DNA from: Vulcanimicrobiota bacterium
GTDB taxonomy: Bacteria > Vulcanimicrobiota > Vulcanimicrobiia > Vulcanimicrobiales > Vulcanimicrobiaceae
DNA: 64,000 nucleotides
Direction of reading: 5' to 3'
Assembly (NCBI GenBank): GCA_963795855.1
Contig: CAWCIZ010000003.1
Location: 1-64,000 of the forward strand
Under the pieces are notes generated by a model. The model worked only from the letters and a program-made list of their open reading frames with translations, was not told the DNA's origin and ran no database searches. A program made the translations under genes and the position numbers. This document shows positions 60,349-64,000 of this stretch, piece by piece (within the stretch, counting starts at the first letter, position 1; every line of letters starts with the position of its first letter).

Positions 60349-63207
60349 ATGCTCGCATTCCTGCTTTCTGCCGCTCTTTTGACACAGGCCGCGCCCGGCG
60401 CATTGCACTGGCGCAACATCGGGCCGTTCCGCGCGGGACGCACCGTCGCCGTCAGCGGCGTGCCGCAGCAACCGGGGACCTATTACATGGCTCCGACGGA
60501 CGGCGGCGTGTGGAAGAGCACCGATTACGCGCGCACGTGGAAACCGATTTTCGATGGTCAAGACACCGGCTCGGTCGGCGCGCTCGCGGTTGCGCCGAGC
60601 GATCCCAACGTCATCTACGTCGGTTCGGGCGAAGGCCTGCGCAGACCCGATTTGTCGATCGGCGACGGCGTGTACAAGTCCACCGACGCCGGAAAAACGT
60701 GGCGGCATTTGGGTTTGCGTGACGGACAGCAAATCAACGGACTCGCCGTCGATCCGCGCGATCCGAACAGAGTATTCGCGGCAGTGATGGGTCATCCGTA
60801 CGGTTCGAACGCGCAGCGCGGCCTGTATCGCAGCACCGACGGCGGCGCTAGTTGGACGTGCGTGCTCTGCAAGAACGACGGCAACACCGGCGCCGCAACC
60901 GTCGTCATCGATCCGAAGAATCCGCAGATCGTCTACGCCGACCTGTGGGCGTCGCGCAATCCGCCGTGGCGGCTCGGGGACGAACTGCAATTGTGGCAAG
61001 ACGGCGGCGTCTATAAATCCACCGACGGGGGCACTACGTGGTCGCAATTGCACGGCGGTCTGCCGAGCAAATTGGGCCGCGTCGGCATCGCGGTTTCGCC
61101 GAGCGATGATTCGCGCGTGTACGCTTGGGTGAATACCAGCACCGGCTGCGGCATCTATCGTTCCGCCGACGCCGGCGCGACGTGGGTCAAGACGAACGGC
61201 GAAGATCGCATCTGCGGCCGCGGCGACGATTTTTCGGGCATCGCGGTCGATCCGACGGATCCCGCGATCGTGTACGTCGCGAACACGACGATGTACCGCT
61301 CGACGAACGCGGGCGCGTCATGGACCGGGATAAAAGGCGCGCCGGGCGGCGACGACTATCATACGATTTGGATCGATCCCGGCAATCGCAACGTCATTCT
61401 GCTCGGCGTCGATCAAGGCGCGACGCTTTCGGTAAACTATGGGCAGACCTGGAGCTCGTGGTACAACCAGCCGACGGCGCAGTTTTATCACGTGATTACC
61501 GATAACCGCTTTCCGTATTGGGTATTCGGCGGACAGCAGGAAAGCGGCAGCGCCGAGGTTGCGAGCCGCAGCGACGACGGGGAGATCTGGATCCGGTACT
61601 GGCATCCCGTCGGCGCCGAAGAATACGCGTACATCGCGCCGGATCCGCTGCATCCGACAATCATTTTCGGCGCGGGCGCCGGCCACGTCACGCGATACGA
61701 CGAGCGCACGCAGCAGTCGCAAACCGTATCACCGGTATTCGGCGGCCGCTTCGACGCGCAAGGCTACCGGTATAACCGCACGAATCCGCTCATCTTCAAC
61801 CGCGTCGACAAGCGTACGCTGTACTTAGGATCGAGTGTCATCTTCGCAACGACCGACGGCGGCCGCAATTGGCGCACGATCAGTCCGGACCTCACGCGCA
61901 AACATCCGGGCGTGCCCGCGAATCTCGGGGCGTTCCGAAGCTCGCCGCTGGCGAAGGAAGAACGCGGCGTCGTCTACGCGATCGCGCCTTCGTACATCGA
62001 CGCGCGCGAAATCTGGGCAGGCACGGACGACGGCCTGGTGTGGCTGACGCGCGACGGCGGTAAGCAGTGGACCAACGTCACGCCGCCGGGCATCGGCGCT
62101 TGGAACAAAATCACGCAAATCGACGCCTCGCACTTCGACCGCGATACGGCGTACGTATCCGTGAGCCGCTGGCGTTTAGACGATCTGCACCCGTACATCT
62201 ATCGCACGCACGACGGCGGCAAGCATTGGCAACTGATTGTAAACGGACTGCCCAGCGATGCACCCGCCAACACCGTGCGCGAGGATCCGGTGCGGCGCGG
62301 TTTACTCTTTGCCGGCACGGAGCGCACGGTCTACGTTTCGTCCGACGACGGCGACCACTGGCAGTCGCTGCAACTGGATCTGCCTTCGACGTCGATTCGC
62401 GACCTCGTCATCCACGGCGACGACGTCGTGGTCGGCACGCACGGCCGTTCGTTCTGGATTCTGGACGACATCGAGCCGCTGCGCGAAGCCGGTCTCGCTA
62501 CGCCGGCGCAGAGCGCCGCGCACTTGTTCAAGCCGGCGGTCGCGTACCGGTTGCGCCGCGATACGTGGAGCGACACGCCGCTGCCGCCCGAAGAACCGGC
62601 CGGCGAGAATCCGCCCGACGGCGCGATGATCGACTATTACTTACCGCAGGACGCGCGCGGTCCGCTGACGCTTTCCATTTACGACCGCGCCGGCAATCTC
62701 GTGCGCAGGTTCAGCAGCACCGACGTCCCGAGGCCGATCGATCCGGAAATCACCGTGCCGACGTATTGGGTGCGCCCGGCGCGCATTCCGAGCGCGAGCT
62801 CCGGCCTGCATCGCTTCCTGTGGGATTATCGGTACGCGCGTCCCAAAGCCGTGGCGTACGACTATCCGATTTCGGCGATCTACCATGACACGCCGCTCGC
62901 ACCGCAAGGCGTTCTCGCCCTTCCCGGACTATACACGGTGAAATTGAGCGTGGACGGCCGCACGTACACGCAGCCGCTCACGTTGCGTATGGATCCGCGC
63001 GTGCCGGCTTCCCCATCGCAGTTGCGCGAGCAGTTCGCGCTCGCGCAAACGATTGCGGGCCTCATGGCGAAGACCGCATCGAACAAACGCCTCGCGAGAT
63101 ATAACTTCCAGTTGACGCAACTGTTCGACGCGGTCGAAGGCGCCGATGCGGCTCCGACGACCTCGATCGTGCGCGCAGTACACGACATCCAAGCGAAGCT
63201 GCGCTAG
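60349..63207 (+). CDS. Secreted BNR/Asp-box beta-propeller, putative glycosyl hydrolase, paralog 3
   Basis: WRNIGPFRAGR, repeated STDGG.TW, NQPTAQFYHV, VGTHGRSFWILDD, GENPPDGA; 952 aa. Confidence 0.87.
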   Translation: MLAFLLSAALLTQAAPGALHWRNIGPFRAGRTVAVSGVPQQPGTYYMAPTDGGVWKSTDYARTWKPIFDGQDTGSVGALAVAPSDPNVIYVGSGEGLRRPDLSIGDGVYKSTDAGKTWRHLGLRDGQQINGLAVDPRDPNRVFAAVMGHPYGSNAQRGLYRSTDGGASWTCVLCKNDGNTGAATVVIDPKNPQIVYADLWASRNPPWRLGDELQLWQDGGVYKSTDGGTTWSQLHGGLPSKLGRVGIAVSPSDDSRVYAWVNTSTGCGIYRSADAGATWVKTNGEDRICGRGDDFSGIAVDPTDPAIVYVANTTMYRSTNAGASWTGIKGAPGGDDYHTIWIDPGNRNVILLGVDQGATLSVNYGQTWSSWYNQPTAQFYHVITDNRFPYWVFGGQQESGSAEVASRSDDGEIWIRYWHPVGAEEYAYIAPDPLHPTIIFGAGAGHVTRYDERTQQSQTVSPVFGGRFDAQGYRYNRTNPLIFNRVDKRTLYLGSSVIFATTDGGRNWRTISPDLTRKHPGVPANLGAFRSSPLAKEERGVVYAIAPSYIDAREIWAGTDDGLVWLTRDGGKQWTNVTPPGIGAWNKITQIDASHFDRDTAYVSVSRWRLDDLHPYIYRTHDGGKHWQLIVNGLPSDAPANTVREDPVRRGLLFAGTERTVYVSSDDGDHWQSLQLDLPSTSIRDLVIHGDDVVVGTHGRSFWILDDIEPLREAGLATPAQSAAHLFKPAVAYRLRRDTWSDTPLPPEEPAGENPPDGAMIDYYLPQDARGPLTLSIYDRAGNLVRRFSSTDVPRPIDPEITVPTYWVRPARIPSASSGLHRFLWDYRYARPKAVAYDYPISAIYHDTPLAPQGVLALPGLYTVKLSVDGRTYTQPLTLRMDPRVPASPSQLREQFALAQTIAGLMAKTASNKRLARYNFQLTQLFDAVEGADAAPTTSIVRAVHDIQAKLR

Positions 63208-63228
63208 CGCAGTTTCGCGCACGGCGCG

Positions 63229-64000
63229 TTATTCGATGTTTACGAGGTGCAGCGCTTGCGCCGTGTCGGCGCGCACCCTGCGGCACAACTCGGCGTCATC
63301 GGCGATCGACTGCCCGTACGAGGGGATGAGTTCTTTGAGTCCCGCACTCCAGCGCGGCATCTCGTCTTTGTAGAGCCGTGCGATGACGTCGAGCATCACC
63401 GCCACGGCAACCGATGCACCCGGGGATGCGCCGAGTACGGCCGCGAGCGATCCGTCCTTCGAGGAAACGACTTCCGTGCCGAACTGCAATTTGCCGCCCT
63501 TCTTCTCGTCGGGCATGATGACTTGCACGCGCTGCCCCGCAACGATGAACTTCCAATCGGAGGGATTTGCTTCGGGAAAATACTCGCGCAGCGCATCGTA
63601 TTTCTTGTGCTTGGACTCGAGCACTTGCCCGACCAAATACTTCGTAAGATCGAAATTGTCGCGACCGACGGCGAGCAGCGGTTTCATATTGTCGGTTTTG
63701 ATCGACGCGAACAGGTCCGCGGGCGACCCGTGCTTGAGAAATTTCGTCGAAAATCCCGCATACGGGCCGAACAACAGCGAACGCTTCCCGTCGACGAAAC
63801 GCGAATCCAAATGCGGAACGGACATCGGCGGCGCGCCGACCGACGCTTTGCCGTAGACTTTTCCGTGGTGCCGATCCACGACGCTCGGATCGTCGCAGCG
63901 CAGGAATATACCGCTGACGGGAAAGCCGGCGAAGCCTTTCCCTTCATCCACTCCGGATTTCTGCAGCAGCGTAAGCGCCCCGCCGCCGGCGCCGAGGAAC
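63229..64000 (-). CDS. mqo: Malate:quinone oxidoreductase, 3' part (5' end outside the window)
   Basis: [54 protein letters not shown]. Confidence 0.95.
   Translation of the reverse strand, partial: FLGAGGGALTLLQKSGVDEGKGFAGFPVSGIFLRCDDPSVVDRHHGKVYGKASVGAPPMSVPHLDSRFVDGKRSLLFGPYAGFSTKFLKHGSPADLFASIKTDNMKPLLAVGRDNFDLTKYLVGQVLESKHKKYDALREYFPEANPSDWKFIVAGQRVQVIMPDEKKGGKLQFGTEVVSSKDGSLAAVLGASPGASVAVAVMLDVIARLYKDEMPRWSAGLKELIPSYGQSIADDAELCRRVRADTAQALHLVNIE

Overview
GC-rich bacterial chromosomal window, very gene-dense, with about 66 CDS. Most co-oriented genes are joined by ATGA/GTGA/TTGA overlaps, many convergent genes overlap, and several genes look leaderless. The family mix (three sortilin/BNR beta-propeller proteins, a TonB receptor with a carboxypeptidase-regulatory-like N-domain, P/T-rich secreted proteins) suggests a diderm soil lineage such as Eremiobacterota/Vulcanimicrobiota; this is inference only. 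Content: an Mrp/Mnh E-F-G-DUF4040-B-C-D operon coupled to a Zn-alcohol dehydrogenase; a BNR-BNR-HD operon; thiC with a TPP riboswitch; ECF sigma/anti-sigma/DMT/TonB receptor; aceEF with an upstream palindrome; DedA-rnd-acnA-TMEM175; VKOR; a candidate sRNA; BolA-Grx-sulfurtransferase; ppk1; a betaine-type ABC importer facing an S9 peptidase and an EgtD-like methyltransferase; a desaturase-like gene coupled to a plant-type MGDG synthase; ROK; and partial mqo. At least 14 single-base frameshifts break otherwise intact genes, most likely long-read indel errors. No rRNA, tRNA, CRISPR, transposase or phage gene was recognised. Best leads: the orphan structured sRNA at about 35.1 kb, the EgtD-variant/ABC/S9 cluster, the diiron-enzyme/MGDG-synthase pair, the Mbh-like Mrp module coupled to ADH, and the exported BNR-BNR-HD operon.
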